The notes beneath the pieces are model-generated. The model saw nothing but the letters and a program-made list of their open reading frames with translations. It made no database searches and was not told the DNA's origin. A stretch of 64,000 bases of DNA from IMG/VR virus record IMGVR_UViG_3300034283_001314. One strand, given 5' to 3'. This DNA comes from a virus. Its lineage: Duplodnaviria > Heunggongvirae > Uroviricota > Caudoviricetes. Position numbers and translations under genes: made by a program. This document shows positions 1-10,241 of the stretch, in pieces. Numbering within the stretch: the first letter of the stretch is position 1; each line of letters opens with the position of its first letter.

Positions 1-32
1 AAGAAGTGTTGATTAATAATTAAAGATAAGAT

Positions 33-314
33 ATGAGATACGATAAGTTAGAAATAGAAAACAAAAAAGGCAAAGGTAATGTATATGTACCCCAAGCGTT
101 ACCATATATTCCACCGAGTGATGGTGATATTTTAATTTATACAACAGCGGAAGATAGATTAGATTTATTAGCATTATCATATTATAATGACTCAAATCTA
201 TGGTGGGTAATTGCAATGGCTAATAATTTAACTGATATTGATTTAAAACTTAATCCAGGAACTCAACTTAGAATTCCAATGAGAGCAAGTGAAATAACAC
301 AATATTTAGGATAA
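33..314 (+). CDS. baseplate wedge/tail protein X-like (LysM-like, T4 gp53-type)
   Basis: DRLDLLALSYYNDSNLWWVIAMAN...PGTQLRIP matches the TailX/gp53 LysM-like pattern; lies upstream of a hub-like gene. Confidence 0.75.
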   Translation: MRYDKLEIENKKGKGNVYVPQALPYIPPSDGDILIYTTAEDRLDLLALSYYNDSNLWWVIAMANNLTDIDLKLNPGTQLRIPMRASEITQYLG

Positions 315-329
315 TAAAAAAATAAAGTT

Positions 330-2492
330 ATGTCTAGATTTCCATATATTACAGGTATCAAACAATCGATAGTTGATCAAATTCAAAACACATCAAAAAT
401 TGAAGCAGCTGGTGAAAAACCATTTATTCAATTTACTAATTTTATTGATGGTGATAATCAAATTTCATACAATAGTTATTTAACATATAAGTTAGATGAA
501 GCAGTTTATGGTGCAAATAAGAAGCTTCAGAGATTTCCACCCGTTATAACAGGTTTAAGTGTAACTGCAGCCGGTAGTTTAGGTTCACTTAGAAAAGCAA
601 AGGTAACTGTTAAATTTGCATCTACTCAGGATTTATTAGAACATAAGAATCATTTTAGAGTAGGAAACACACAATTAGTAACTTGGGGATGGCTTAATAA
701 AAATCAAAATTTTAGTGGAGATGGGCCACAAAGTAGAGCAATAGCAGAAAAAATTGTAAATAACATAAATGGATATATTGAATATACAAATGAATTTAAA
801 AATAATGTAGATTTTTTAGCAGGTATCCTTACTAATTTTAATATGGTAATAAATTCCGATGCAAGTGTAAATGTTGAATTTGAAATATCATCTCCATCAG
901 AATTAGTAGCATATTTAGAAATACATAAACAAGGAAAAACATCAAGTGTAGAAGCAAAAACCGAAGAAAAGGGAATGGTAGAAGTGCTTCAGGCATTGGA
1001 TATAGAAGGAAGATTGATAGAATCTAAAGATAAAGAAATTCGTAATTATGTAATTAATTTAAAAGAAGATAGAGAAAGTAACTTGACTACATTTGGTCAA
1101 ACGGATGATAGCTATATTCAAATGGGATATGCAATAAACTCAATCGTTAATAAATTTAGGCAAACTACTGGTGATGCATATGGTGTTTTAGTAAATGTAG
1201 ATATAGAAGAAAGTATTGCAAATTGTCATCCAAATATGATAAGTGTTACCGATAATGTTATATTTCCCAATAAAACAACAATGGGTTTTAAAGATTCAGT
1301 AGATTATGAGGGAGCAAGAGTAATTGAATGGGATTTAAAAAATACACAACCATTAGGTCCATTTAATTTTCAAAGAGATAATGTTGGTGATATATTTCCA
1401 AGTGACCAATCTATTACTATATCGAATAATTTTTTCCAACCATTTAAAGCTGGATATATTAAAAACATATATTTAAAAACCCAATTTTTAAAAGAAATTG
1501 CAAAGGGTTCAAATACGGTACATGAATATTTAGAAAAAATAGTATCAGAGTTAAATATTGCAGGTGCGGGAATATATGAATTAGTAGTTAGAGAAAGTTT
1601 TAAAGAAAAAACAGGACAACACATTTATAGTATAGTAGATTTAACATTAGAACGAGATACAAACAACGACAAAGTATCTATTCCAAGTTTAGAATTATTT
1701 AGAGATACAAGTAGATTAATTGAATTTAGAGCTAATGCAGATTTACCAAAAGAATTAGCAACTATAATGATGATGGGTGGTGTAAATGCAAATACAACTA
1801 CAACAAGTAGAAATAGGGAAATGGCAAAATATATGTTTGAAACCAAAAGTCCAGATCCTATTTTAAATTCAGTAAGAATTAATAATAATACAGTACAAGC
1901 AACTTTAACGGATAGTAGTGCTGATAGGCAACAAACATCAGTAACAACAGCTACGGAAGCAGGTGGCACAACACAACCAACAACTACAACAGATCCAAAA
2001 TCTAGTAATCCTAATTTTAAAGAAATATGGGAGGGATTTAAACGTGCAAATCCCAATCTAAGGCCAATAACAAGTCCAATAGAATCTACAAGAAAATTAG
2101 TTACAGAGGCAGCAATATATTTGAAACTACCAGGTGCAAATAGAGTTAAATTATGTGCAAGTAAAAAATATGGAAAAGCTGGACAGCCATATTTCGCAGT
2201 ATTTACAGATGTTAGTTGTGTAAAAACCGTATATTTCGGAGAGAATTATAAAAGAAAAGATGCATTAGTTCCAATATCAGTAACAATGACAATATTAGGA
2301 TTATCAGGAATAACAATAGGACAAGCATTAGAATTAAATCCAACTCCGGTTCCTTGGTTAGATAGTGATATGGGATATTGGCAAGTAACAAATGTAGAAC
2401 ATGAGGTAGATGATACAAGATGGACTACTGATGTAGAATTAAAATTTAGAGTTAGAGATAACAAAAAAAGAGATGAGGCTAGAAATAAATAA
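330..2492 (+). CDS. putative baseplate hub / tail-associated protein
   Basis: 720 aa; C-terminal 'MTILGLSGITIGQ...YWQVTNVEHEV...WTTDVE' resembles phage hub (gp27/late control D-like) C-termini; context. Confidence 0.55.
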   Translation: MSRFPYITGIKQSIVDQIQNTSKIEAAGEKPFIQFTNFIDGDNQISYNSYLTYKLDEAVYGANKKLQRFPPVITGLSVTAAGSLGSLRKAKVTVKFASTQDLLEHKNHFRVGNTQLVTWGWLNKNQNFSGDGPQSRAIAEKIVNNINGYIEYTNEFKNNVDFLAGILTNFNMVINSDASVNVEFEISSPSELVAYLEIHKQGKTSSVEAKTEEKGMVEVLQALDIEGRLIESKDKEIRNYVINLKEDRESNLTTFGQTDDSYIQMGYAINSIVNKFRQTTGDAYGVLVNVDIEESIANCHPNMISVTDNVIFPNKTTMGFKDSVDYEGARVIEWDLKNTQPLGPFNFQRDNVGDIFPSDQSITISNNFFQPFKAGYIKNIYLKTQFLKEIAKGSNTVHEYLEKIVSELNIAGAGIYELVVRESFKEKTGQHIYSIVDLTLERDTNNDKVSIPSLELFRDTSRLIEFRANADLPKELATIMMMGGVNANTTTTSRNREMAKYMFETKSPDPILNSVRINNNTVQATLTDSSADRQQTSVTTATEAGGTTQPTTTTDPKSSNPNFKEIWEGFKRANPNLRPITSPIESTRKLVTEAAIYLKLPGANRVKLCASKKYGKAGQPYFAVFTDVSCVKTVYFGENYKRKDALVPISVTMTILGLSGITIGQALELNPTPVPWLDSDMGYWQVTNVEHEVDDTRWTTDVELKFRVRDNKKRDEARNK

Positions 2493-2494
2493 TT

Positions 2495-2851
2495 ATGGAA
2501 GAGTCAATAATAAAAAATTACTTACAACTAAATACTAATGTAATATTTACAGATAATTTTAGTGCATTTCAACCAACTCCAAATGAACAGGATTATAAAA
2601 ACGAATTTATTTATCGTTATTTTATAAGAAAAAGAAATCAGGACAATGGTTTAATATATGAAGTAAGTGCAGATACTTTTAAAGATTTTCAAAATAATCA
2701 ATTATACTTTGGAACCAAAATTAAATGGAAAATAACAGGACAAATTGATGAAGTAAGTAAATTAAATCAACGTTCAATTGCATTTGGAAAACAAACACTT
2801 TCTAATTTAGATACTCATATAAAAAACTATACTAAGTTTTGGAAAGGGTGA
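2495..2851 (+). CDS. hypothetical protein (baseplate-region)
   Basis: 118 aa ORF starting 2 nt after the upstream stop. Confidence 0.5.
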   Translation: MEESIIKNYLQLNTNVIFTDNFSAFQPTPNEQDYKNEFIYRYFIRKRNQDNGLIYEVSADTFKDFQNNQLYFGTKIKWKITGQIDEVSKLNQRSIAFGKQTLSNLDTHIKNYTKFWKG

Positions 2852-2920
2852 TAAAAGTCATACTATTATTTGGAAAGTAAAAAATAATAACATATATTTA
2901 TAATAAATAAACAAAGTTAT

Positions 2921-3730
2921 ATGAGCAATTTCAAACATCTAACCGATTTAGAAGTACAACAAATTACATTCGATTGGAGATACAGAGGATTCACCGTATT
3001 AGAATTATTAACCGAAGAAGAGGTTGATGAAGTAAACGCTGAATTAGAAAGATTAAGACAAGAAAGAATTGGTACAACTACCGAAGATGGCAAAGAGTGG
3101 GGTGAGTGGGATCCATTTGCATATCCACATAAACTATCACCTAAATTAGAAAAAATGTTTTGTCATCCAAAGATTTTGGAAGCATGTGAATTTTTAATGG
3201 AAGGTGAAGTACAAGGAATGCAAACTTGGTGTTACTTTAAACCACCAGGACAATTAGGTAGAGACCAACATCAAAACGCATTTTATACAGGATGTGGACA
3301 CAATGAAATTATCAACACTGCATTGGCGTTAGATAATCACGACCCTGAAAATGGTGCAGTATGGAACTACGAAGGTTCACATAGATTACAAACTTTACCA
3401 ATTGAAGTAGATGAAGATAGAACAAAAACAAATCCTACATTTTGGAGAAACGAAAGAGGTAAACCTTGTGTAATGCCTGAAGGACATGATTTTAGAAAGG
3501 TAGAAGGTTATTTAAGAAAAGGACAAGTAGTATTGTTACACTCACATTGTGTACATGGTTCTGAAGCAAATAACTCAAATAGATTCCGTAGAAACTTATT
3601 AGGTGGTTATCTTAAAAAAGGAGCAATCTTTAATAAAGGTGGGCATATGAAAAGAGAACCAATTGATTTGCACGCATTAAAAGTAAAACATTGGACAGAA
3701 TCAGATGAAAAGAATTTCGGTGGATTTTAA
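2921..3730 (+). CDS. phytanoyl-CoA dioxygenase (PhyH) family Fe(II)/2OG dioxygenase
   Basis: KPPG...HQN, ALALD...ENGA...GSH and HGSEANNSNRFR motifs; the usual HxD is HQN here. Confidence 0.8.
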   Translation: MSNFKHLTDLEVQQITFDWRYRGFTVLELLTEEEVDEVNAELERLRQERIGTTTEDGKEWGEWDPFAYPHKLSPKLEKMFCHPKILEACEFLMEGEVQGMQTWCYFKPPGQLGRDQHQNAFYTGCGHNEIINTALALDNHDPENGAVWNYEGSHRLQTLPIEVDEDRTKTNPTFWRNERGKPCVMPEGHDFRKVEGYLRKGQVVLLHSHCVHGSEANNSNRFRRNLLGGYLKKGAIFNKGGHMKREPIDLHALKVKHWTESDEKNFGGF

Positions 3731-3733
3731 TAT

Positions 3734-3760
3734 AAAGGGAGTTTAAATACTCCCTTTTTT
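3734..3760 (+). terminator. intrinsic terminator
   Basis: AAAGGGAGT-ttaaat-ACTCCCTTT hairpin followed by a T run. Confidence 0.75.
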
Positions 3761-3797
3761 ATTTTGATTTGTAACGAAAATAGATTATATTTGTTAC

Positions 3798-5144
3798 ATG
3801 AGATTTGTAGAGGATAAATTTGATTTTGAAGATTTCTTACGAGAGTATAGAAAAGGTAGCAATAAAATATATGTTAGATTATCAGATGATGAAAAACATT
3901 CAATGAATAATCGTATATCATTTATTTATATCCTTTCAGAAAATAATGAATATGTCATAAATGTAAACAATGGTGATGGGTTAGGAATTAAAGTAGAAGC
4001 ACTATCACAATTATTAGATACAAAACATAGACAATTAGTATTCAATCTTAAATCAGTTCAACATCTATTACCTTTTAAAAATGCATTTGATATGGATTTA
4101 GGTAGATTTGTTGGGTATGGTTATCATGATATTGAATTAGGTGATACTCAACTCAATCAATTTTACAAATCAAAGTTTAAAAATGAATCATATTTGAACG
4201 ATAGTATTCCAATGATGAAACAATTGGAACTAATAGGACAATATGTTAAAAAATGTTCAACTACAACTACATCAAACACCGATAAATTTATAATCGATGC
4301 AACTGAAGCATTTAATTATATTGAACATAGTGGTTTGAAAGTAGATGAAGAATATCGTTTAACACTAAATCCAGTTCATTTAACGAAGGATAACATAATT
4401 TATACTGAATATAACCTAATGACATCTACACTCCGACCATCGAACCGACATGGGGGTGTAAACTATGCAGCACTAAAAAAAGATACTGGTGTAAGAAAAG
4501 CATTTGTTAGTAGATTTGAGGGTGGAGAATTAATTAGTTGTGATTTTGAAGCATATCACCCTAGATTATTAATGGATATTATCTATCAAACCAAACTTAA
4601 TTCAAAGGTAGATATAAAACAAATGAAATGGATTAGTGATTTTTATGGTTGTGGATTAGATTTCTATACATGGATTGGTAAACAAATGGGTATTGATGAC
4701 AGAAGTGAAGTAAAAACTTTAATATTCCAAAACCTGTATGGTGGAATTAGAAGTGAATTATTACATATTCCATATTTTAAAGAGATACAACATCTTACTG
4801 ATTTATTATATGATACGGTTACTAAAAATAAATGCATGTTTACACACTTATACCACATTCAGTTTAATGAAGATAGATTTGAACCTATAACTCCTGCAAA
4901 AGTTTTAAATTATTACATTCAATCATACGAAACTGAACGAAATATACAGAAAATTTTAGATATTAAGGACATATTGAAAGGAAAATTAACAAAATTGATA
5001 TTATATACTTACGATGCATTTGTTTTTGATGTGCATCCACTAGAAAAACAATATTTATATAGTGATATCATCCCATTATTAAGAGGTGGACATGGTAGGT
5101 ATGAAGTAAAAACAACAACTGGCAAAAATTATGATGAACTTTAG
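3798..5144 (+). CDS. short family A DNA polymerase-like protein
   Basis: TLRPSN, motif A (SCDFEAYHPRLL), motif B (KTLIFQNLYGG), NYYIQS and motif C-like (YTYDAFVFD). Confidence 0.75.
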   Translation: MRFVEDKFDFEDFLREYRKGSNKIYVRLSDDEKHSMNNRISFIYILSENNEYVINVNNGDGLGIKVEALSQLLDTKHRQLVFNLKSVQHLLPFKNAFDMDLGRFVGYGYHDIELGDTQLNQFYKSKFKNESYLNDSIPMMKQLELIGQYVKKCSTTTTSNTDKFIIDATEAFNYIEHSGLKVDEEYRLTLNPVHLTKDNIIYTEYNLMTSTLRPSNRHGGVNYAALKKDTGVRKAFVSRFEGGELISCDFEAYHPRLLMDIIYQTKLNSKVDIKQMKWISDFYGCGLDFYTWIGKQMGIDDRSEVKTLIFQNLYGGIRSELLHIPYFKEIQHLTDLLYDTVTKNKCMFTHLYHIQFNEDRFEPITPAKVLNYYIQSYETERNIQKILDIKDILKGKLTKLILYTYDAFVFDVHPLEKQYLYSDIIPLLRGGHGRYEVKTTTGKNYDEL

Positions 5145-7353
5145 TTTAGAAAATCTTAACGAAATTATTGATGATGTTTTATTGGAATTTTGTGTTACAT
5201 ATCCAATTCCTGATTTCCAAAATGAGGAACAATTGTTACATTTAAAAACAATATTAGAACAATTTGGTGTAACAATACTAGATGATGCAGAATTAATGGA
5301 AGCTATATCATTAGCACCAAAGAAATTTACATTAGAAGCACCTATAAAAAACAAAGCAGTTAATCCAAAAGATAAAGTTAGAGTAGATGCACATAAAAAA
5401 GGATTAGAAGGTAAAGGTGGTAAAGCATATGGACCTAAAGGTAAAGATTTAATTACACACAGAAACCAAAATGGTAAATTAGTAGCAGTAAATCCACCAG
5501 TTAAAATAGGAAAGGCAGCACAACAACAAAAAGTTGCAGCACAACAAAAGAAAGTAGTAGCACAACCAAAGGCTACAACTAAACCAACTACTAAACCAAC
5601 TGATAAATTAAAAACTAAACTCCCACAACAAACTGCACCACAAGTACAACAAGGTGCACCTACTAGTGGTAAGAAGGTTAAAAAGGTAAATGATTCTATT
5701 AGAAAAAAGGATAGTTTCAATACCGATAAATCAATGACAATTGGTTTAGATGATAAGACAAGTGAAGCAAGAGCAAAAGCAAACAAAGCTAAAAAAATAA
5801 ATTCAAAGCCATTATTTTCAACAAAAGATACACAAACTATATTTGATGGTAAACCAAAATTCCCTAAAAAGTATTTAAAGGTTTTAGAAAGAATGATGCA
5901 GTATGGTAAAGAGAATATTACAATTACAACTCTTACCGATAAAGCAGGAGCAGGAACATTAGAATCAACTTGTGGTGAGATTGTGGGGATGATAGGATTG
6001 AGTATTCAAGATGCTAGTAAAAGAGCAATGTTCTTTAGATTATTAAAAGCTAGAGCAGAACAAAATGGAAAGGCCGGCATATTAGATGCTAGTTGGGTTA
6101 CAGCAGGTGAAGCACATTGTATTGCAAATGAAAGAAAATTAAAAAGAGATTTTCCAAATGGATATACAATTTTAAATACGTTTTGGGATGTAGCAGATGA
6201 GGCAGCGGCAATTGGTGTTGAAGGATATAGGCAAAACAAAGGATTTTCTACTGATGTTAATATGTTGGTAATGGATAATAAAACCAAACAAACTAAGTGG
6301 ATAGAACCTTCATTAAAGAAAGATGAGGTTGTAAACTTATTAAACGGAACTACAAATAGAATCCGTTCAATTGCAGTATTGGCATCAAAGAAAGTAAGTA
6401 ATAAAGAGAAGGATCAATACGAATCAGCAACAAAGGAATTAGAAGGAATGGGTGAGGTTAAGAAAGGAAAAACTCCGGAGTATGCTAGAAAAGAACAACT
6501 TCAAAAATATATAACAGGATTAGAGGAAAGAGTAAAAGCTGAAATTCCAAAAAATGCAAATGCAGAATATGCATATTCAGTACAAGAAAAGTTACATTCA
6601 ACCGCTTGGGAAAATAAAGATGTAGTTAAACAAAGTAAATTATTGTTAAATGCATGGGCTAAATTAACTCCAAAACAAAAACAAGAAAGAGCTTTATCTA
6701 TTATTGAAGAAATGGGGCAAAATGATAAAGGTGGATTAAGAGCTGAAATCGTAGATACTATTAATAAACTTTATAAAAATAAAGATTCAATTAATGGATT
6801 AGATAGCATTGGACAAATCATAGGTGATAATACATCTAGAGGAAAACAAAAAGCATCTATGATTTTATTAAATTTAGGAAGTTCTACTGGTAAAGCAAAT
6901 TCACTATCGACAGTAAGAGATAAAATATATAAAAATACATACGCACACTCAAAGGCAGCATCAGAATATCTATTATCTACAAATGAAACTAAAACCGCAT
7001 TATTAAGAAGTATTAGGGATGCATTTCCTGTAAAATCTTTATTAGAAGGTGAGGAAAATATGTTATTAGGTGATTTCAAAAAAGGAAAAACACCGGGTAC
7101 AAACATAGATCAATATGTATTACAGAGAGTATTTAACATTAAATCAGCTGAAGAATTCCAAAGTGGATTAAAAGTATTAGATACACCACCACCACCACAT
7201 ATTAGTTTTATAGGTAAAGGTAAAAACTCAAAACCTATTGAAATTGCAGAAATAAAATCTCGTTCCGATGGTAAAGGATATGGTGGTACATGGAAATTGG
7301 AAATGAGTTTATCAAAAAAATTCGTTGAATTGTGTAAACAATACGATACATAA
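5131..7353 (+). CDS. large Lys-rich hypothetical protein, possible PD-(D/E)xK-like domain
   Basis: 740 aa; Q/K/T-rich linker; 'GE...STDV...EPSLKK' resembles a restriction-endonuclease-like core. Confidence 0.4.
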   Translation: MMNFSLENLNEIIDDVLLEFCVTYPIPDFQNEEQLLHLKTILEQFGVTILDDAELMEAISLAPKKFTLEAPIKNKAVNPKDKVRVDAHKKGLEGKGGKAYGPKGKDLITHRNQNGKLVAVNPPVKIGKAAQQQKVAAQQKKVVAQPKATTKPTTKPTDKLKTKLPQQTAPQVQQGAPTSGKKVKKVNDSIRKKDSFNTDKSMTIGLDDKTSEARAKANKAKKINSKPLFSTKDTQTIFDGKPKFPKKYLKVLERMMQYGKENITITTLTDKAGAGTLESTCGEIVGMIGLSIQDASKRAMFFRLLKARAEQNGKAGILDASWVTAGEAHCIANERKLKRDFPNGYTILNTFWDVADEAAAIGVEGYRQNKGFSTDVNMLVMDNKTKQTKWIEPSLKKDEVVNLLNGTTNRIRSIAVLASKKVSNKEKDQYESATKELEGMGEVKKGKTPEYARKEQLQKYITGLEERVKAEIPKNANAEYAYSVQEKLHSTAWENKDVVKQSKLLLNAWAKLTPKQKQERALSIIEEMGQNDKGGLRAEIVDTINKLYKNKDSINGLDSIGQIIGDNTSRGKQKASMILLNLGSSTGKANSLSTVRDKIYKNTYAHSKAASEYLLSTNETKTALLRSIRDAFPVKSLLEGEENMLLGDFKKGKTPGTNIDQYVLQRVFNIKSAEEFQSGLKVLDTPPPPHISFIGKGKNSKPIEIAEIKSRSDGKGYGGTWKLEMSLSKKFVELCKQYDT

Positions 7354-7369
7354 TTAAGGAAACAAAAAA

Positions 7370-7768
7370 ATGAAAACACAGTTATTATGTACATTTAGTA
7401 CAAAAACCGATGTAGATAAACATATAGAAATAATAAAAAGTAATTATACTTTGGCATATAATTACATTTATATTTTACAAAACAAAAACATTCCAAATGA
7501 ATTGTTTGTAACTTATAATGTAGTAGTAGAAAATGAACAACCAAACTTAGAAATGAAAACTATTTTGGTTCATAGAAAAAAACAAAGTAATACATTGTAT
7601 ACAATCAATGCATTGAACAATGTTATTATGGAAGCTACGGGTGGGCAATTAGATAACAAATTTGAAGTAGATTGGGAACATTATAGAAATTGTATTTTAG
7701 TTACAAATACAGAAGGTGTAAAGAAAATTTATACTAGAGTATTTGATGTAATAGATTTAAATAAATAA
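7370..7768 (+). CDS. hypothetical phage protein
   Basis: 132 aa ORF with an A-rich leader. Confidence 0.55.
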   Translation: MKTQLLCTFSTKTDVDKHIEIIKSNYTLAYNYIYILQNKNIPNELFVTYNVVVENEQPNLEMKTILVHRKKQSNTLYTINALNNVIMEATGGQLDNKFEVDWEHYRNCILVTNTEGVKKIYTRVFDVIDLNK

Positions 7769-7769
7769 T

Positions 7770-8102
7770 ATGATTAAGTTAAAAAGTTTATTAAAAGAAG
7801 TAAAAGAAACATTTGAAAGTTTTGCAACCACTAGAGGTAAGGGTGCATCTAAGATTGCATCAACTGCAGAAGAAAAGGGTGGTTTATCCTTATTAACTTA
7901 TGAACATTTTAAAGTTAAAGCACCTTACTACAAAAACGCAGTTGAAGGTAAATTCAATAAAGAATCAGCTATTAAAGAATATTGGGAAACATTTGGTAAA
8001 ATATCATTAGATATGGAACAAATGGAATTTCAAAGAGAAGTAGGTCGTTTAGAAGTATTAGGTGAATTATTAATTAGAGATAAGAATAATAAAAATGATT
8101 AG
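7770..8102 (+). CDS. putative head-internal protein (MIKLKSLLKE N-terminus)
   Basis: shares an N-terminal MI.LK.LL.E motif with 8095, 26924 and 58314. Confidence 0.45.
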   Translation: MIKLKSLLKEVKETFESFATTRGKGASKIASTAEEKGGLSLLTYEHFKVKAPYYKNAVEGKFNKESAIKEYWETFGKISLDMEQMEFQREVGRLEVLGELLIRDKNNKND

Positions 8103-8592
8103 ATTAAAAAATTTATTATCCGAAGACCTTCGTAAATGGTTTGGTAAAGGACCAGAAGGTTCAACTACCGGTGGTGGTTGGGATAGATACAATACTAAAG
8201 GTGAAAAAGTTGGTAAGTGTGGTGATAGTAAAGAGGGTGATGCATACGCAGCTTGTTTATCAAAAGAGAAAGCGGCTAAATTAGGTAAGGATGGAATAGC
8301 ATCATTTGTAAAAAGAAAGAGAGCAGCACAATCCGATGCAGGAGATGCAAAAAAAGGTGGTGAACAAAAAAAAGGACAAAAACCTACATTTGTAAAAACA
8401 GGTGCTAGTGAAGGATTGGAAGAAAAGATAAATTTATTCTTAGAAAAAAATGTACCAACTGACCCCGCAAAATGGGCAGCATCTAAAGCAGCAGCTAAAA
8501 GAAAGTTTGATGTTTATCCTTCAGCATACGCAAACGGATGGGCTGCAAAAAATTACAAAGCTAAGGGTGGTGGTTGGAAAACTGAAAAATAA
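8095..8592 (+). CDS. basic two-module protein, putative head-internal
   Basis: MIRLKNLLSE N-terminus; C-terminal KFDVYPSAYANGWAAKNYKAKGGGWK module. Confidence 0.45.
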   Translation: MIRLKNLLSEDLRKWFGKGPEGSTTGGGWDRYNTKGEKVGKCGDSKEGDAYAACLSKEKAAKLGKDGIASFVKRKRAAQSDAGDAKKGGEQKKGQKPTFVKTGASEGLEEKINLFLEKNVPTDPAKWAASKAAAKRKFDVYPSAYANGWAAKNYKAKGGGWKTEK

Positions 8593-8597
8593 ATAAT

Positions 8598-9044
8598 ATG
8601 ATTATATGGTTAACCGGACAACCTGGTAGTGGTAAGACAGTATTAGCAGGTTGGTTAAGAAGTATTAGTAGTTTAAATAGTAGAATTGAAGTAATTGATG
8701 GTGATGATATACGAGAAATATTTGAAAACAAAGATTATAGTGAAGCAGGTAGAAGACGTAACATAGAGCTAGCACAGAATCTAGCATTATTTCTACATAA
8801 AAAGAAATATAATGTTATAGTTTCATTAGTATCTCCTTATAGGGATCAAAGAGAAGCATTCAAAGAAACATTAGGAAAGGATTTAAAAGAGTTATATGTT
8901 CATTGTTCGGATGATAGAGGTAGAACTCATTTTCACGTAGAAAACTACGAACCACCTTTAGAAAATTTCATTGATGTAGACACTACGGATGAAAGACCGT
9001 TTGAAACTTATGAGAAAATCAAAGAAAAATTAGGTTTATATTAA
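8598..9044 (+). CDS. cysC: adenylylsulfate kinase
   Basis: IWLTGQPGSGKT P-loop, IDGDDIR, DYSEAGRRRNI, SLVSPY, YEPP. Confidence 0.85.
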   Translation: MIIWLTGQPGSGKTVLAGWLRSISSLNSRIEVIDGDDIREIFENKDYSEAGRRRNIELAQNLALFLHKKKYNVIVSLVSPYRDQREAFKETLGKDLKELYVHCSDDRGRTHFHVENYEPPLENFIDVDTTDERPFETYEKIKEKLGLY

Positions 9045-9065
9045 AATAAATTGTAAATTAGAGTT

Positions 9066-9443
9066 ATGAAAAGAAAATACGCAATGTTCATCGGAAGATG
9101 GCAAACTTGGCACGCAGGACACGAATGGTTAATTCGTCAACAATTAGACAAAGGAAAGGATGTTTGGGTAGCAATTAGAGATGTACCAGAAGATGAAAGT
9201 AATCCTAAATCAGCTTACAAAGTTATGATGGATTTAATGGAAGAACCATTTTTTCAAGAAAATATAGATAAAATTTTAGTAAGTATTATTCCTGATATTG
9301 AATCAGTAAACTATGGTAGAGGTGTAGGGTATGAGGTTATTAATCATCCACCACCTGCAGATGTTGAATTGATTAGTGGAACTAAAATTAGAAAAGGTTA
9401 TATGGATTCCAACGGAGATGTTATAGAATATGCCGTTGATTAA
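9066..9443 (+). CDS. HxGH nucleotidyltransferase (cytidylyltransferase-like)
   Basis: FIGRWQTWHAGH and ISGTKIR motifs. Confidence 0.7.
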   Translation: MKRKYAMFIGRWQTWHAGHEWLIRQQLDKGKDVWVAIRDVPEDESNPKSAYKVMMDLMEEPFFQENIDKILVSIIPDIESVNYGRGVGYEVINHPPPADVELISGTKIRKGYMDSNGDVIEYAVD

Positions 9444-9636
9444 GAGACATATTGCCAAAACCATCTCATATCGAATTGTAAGTACCTTAGTTGGATTCTT
9501 ATTAATGTGGTGGATAAGTGGTTCAATAAAAGTAGGTGCCGCATTTGGTGTAGCAGAATTGATTTACAAACCAATTCAGTATTATCTACATGAAAGAGTT
9601 TGGTATAAATGGATTAAGTACGGACTTAAAAAATAA
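9430..9636 (+). CDS. DUF2061-like small membrane protein
   Basis: RHIAKTISYRI...YYLHERVW signature. Confidence 0.75.
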   Translation: MPLIKRHIAKTISYRIVSTLVGFLLMWWISGSIKVGAAFGVAELIYKPIQYYLHERVWYKWIKYGLKK

Positions 9637-9649
9637 AAACATTATTATA

Positions 9650-10210
9650 ATGATAAACTATACTACTATACCAAATTTTCTATCAAAAAAAGAATGTGAA
9701 GATTTGTTACAATTTTCATTAACCAAAGAATTGAAACCAGCATTGGTAGGTGGGGACAATGGTTTGAATCTAAAAAGTAGAAAATCAAATATATTTTTCT
9801 ATGATTATAGTTTAGATTTTCCAAATTTAAATGAAAAATTAATTAATATTTTTAAAAAAGAAGTAAATGTAAAAGGTTATAATATTGATTTTACGAATAA
9901 TCAATTTCAATTTACAGAATACACAACAGACGGATATTATAATTGGCACGAAGATTCTGCAGAGGGAATCTATCAAGAAAGATATTGTTCAATGGTTATA
10001 CAATTAAATGAAGAATATACAGGAGGTGAATTACAAATAAAAGATAAAGATGATAATGAAATAACATTAGAAAAGGGATTGGGTAATCTATTTATTTTTT
10101 ATTCACACTTAACACATAGAGTAAAACCGGTAATATCAGGAACTAGATACTCATTGGTTAATTGGTTTAGGCTAACACCAATAGAAAATTTTAAAAAAAC
10201 ATTAATATAA
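9650..10210 (+). CDS. 2OG-Fe(II) oxygenase (prolyl-hydroxylase-like)
   Basis: YNWHED...YTGGEL...HRVKPVISGTRYSLVNW; start moved to the ATG after the upstream stop. Confidence 0.85.
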   Translation: MINYTTIPNFLSKKECEDLLQFSLTKELKPALVGGDNGLNLKSRKSNIFFYDYSLDFPNLNEKLINIFKKEVNVKGYNIDFTNNQFQFTEYTTDGYYNWHEDSAEGIYQERYCSMVIQLNEEYTGGELQIKDKDDNEITLEKGLGNLFIFYSHLTHRVKPVISGTRYSLVNWFRLTPIENFKKTLI

Positions 10211-10241
10211 TCTATAAATACAGATTAAAAAAATAAGTTAT

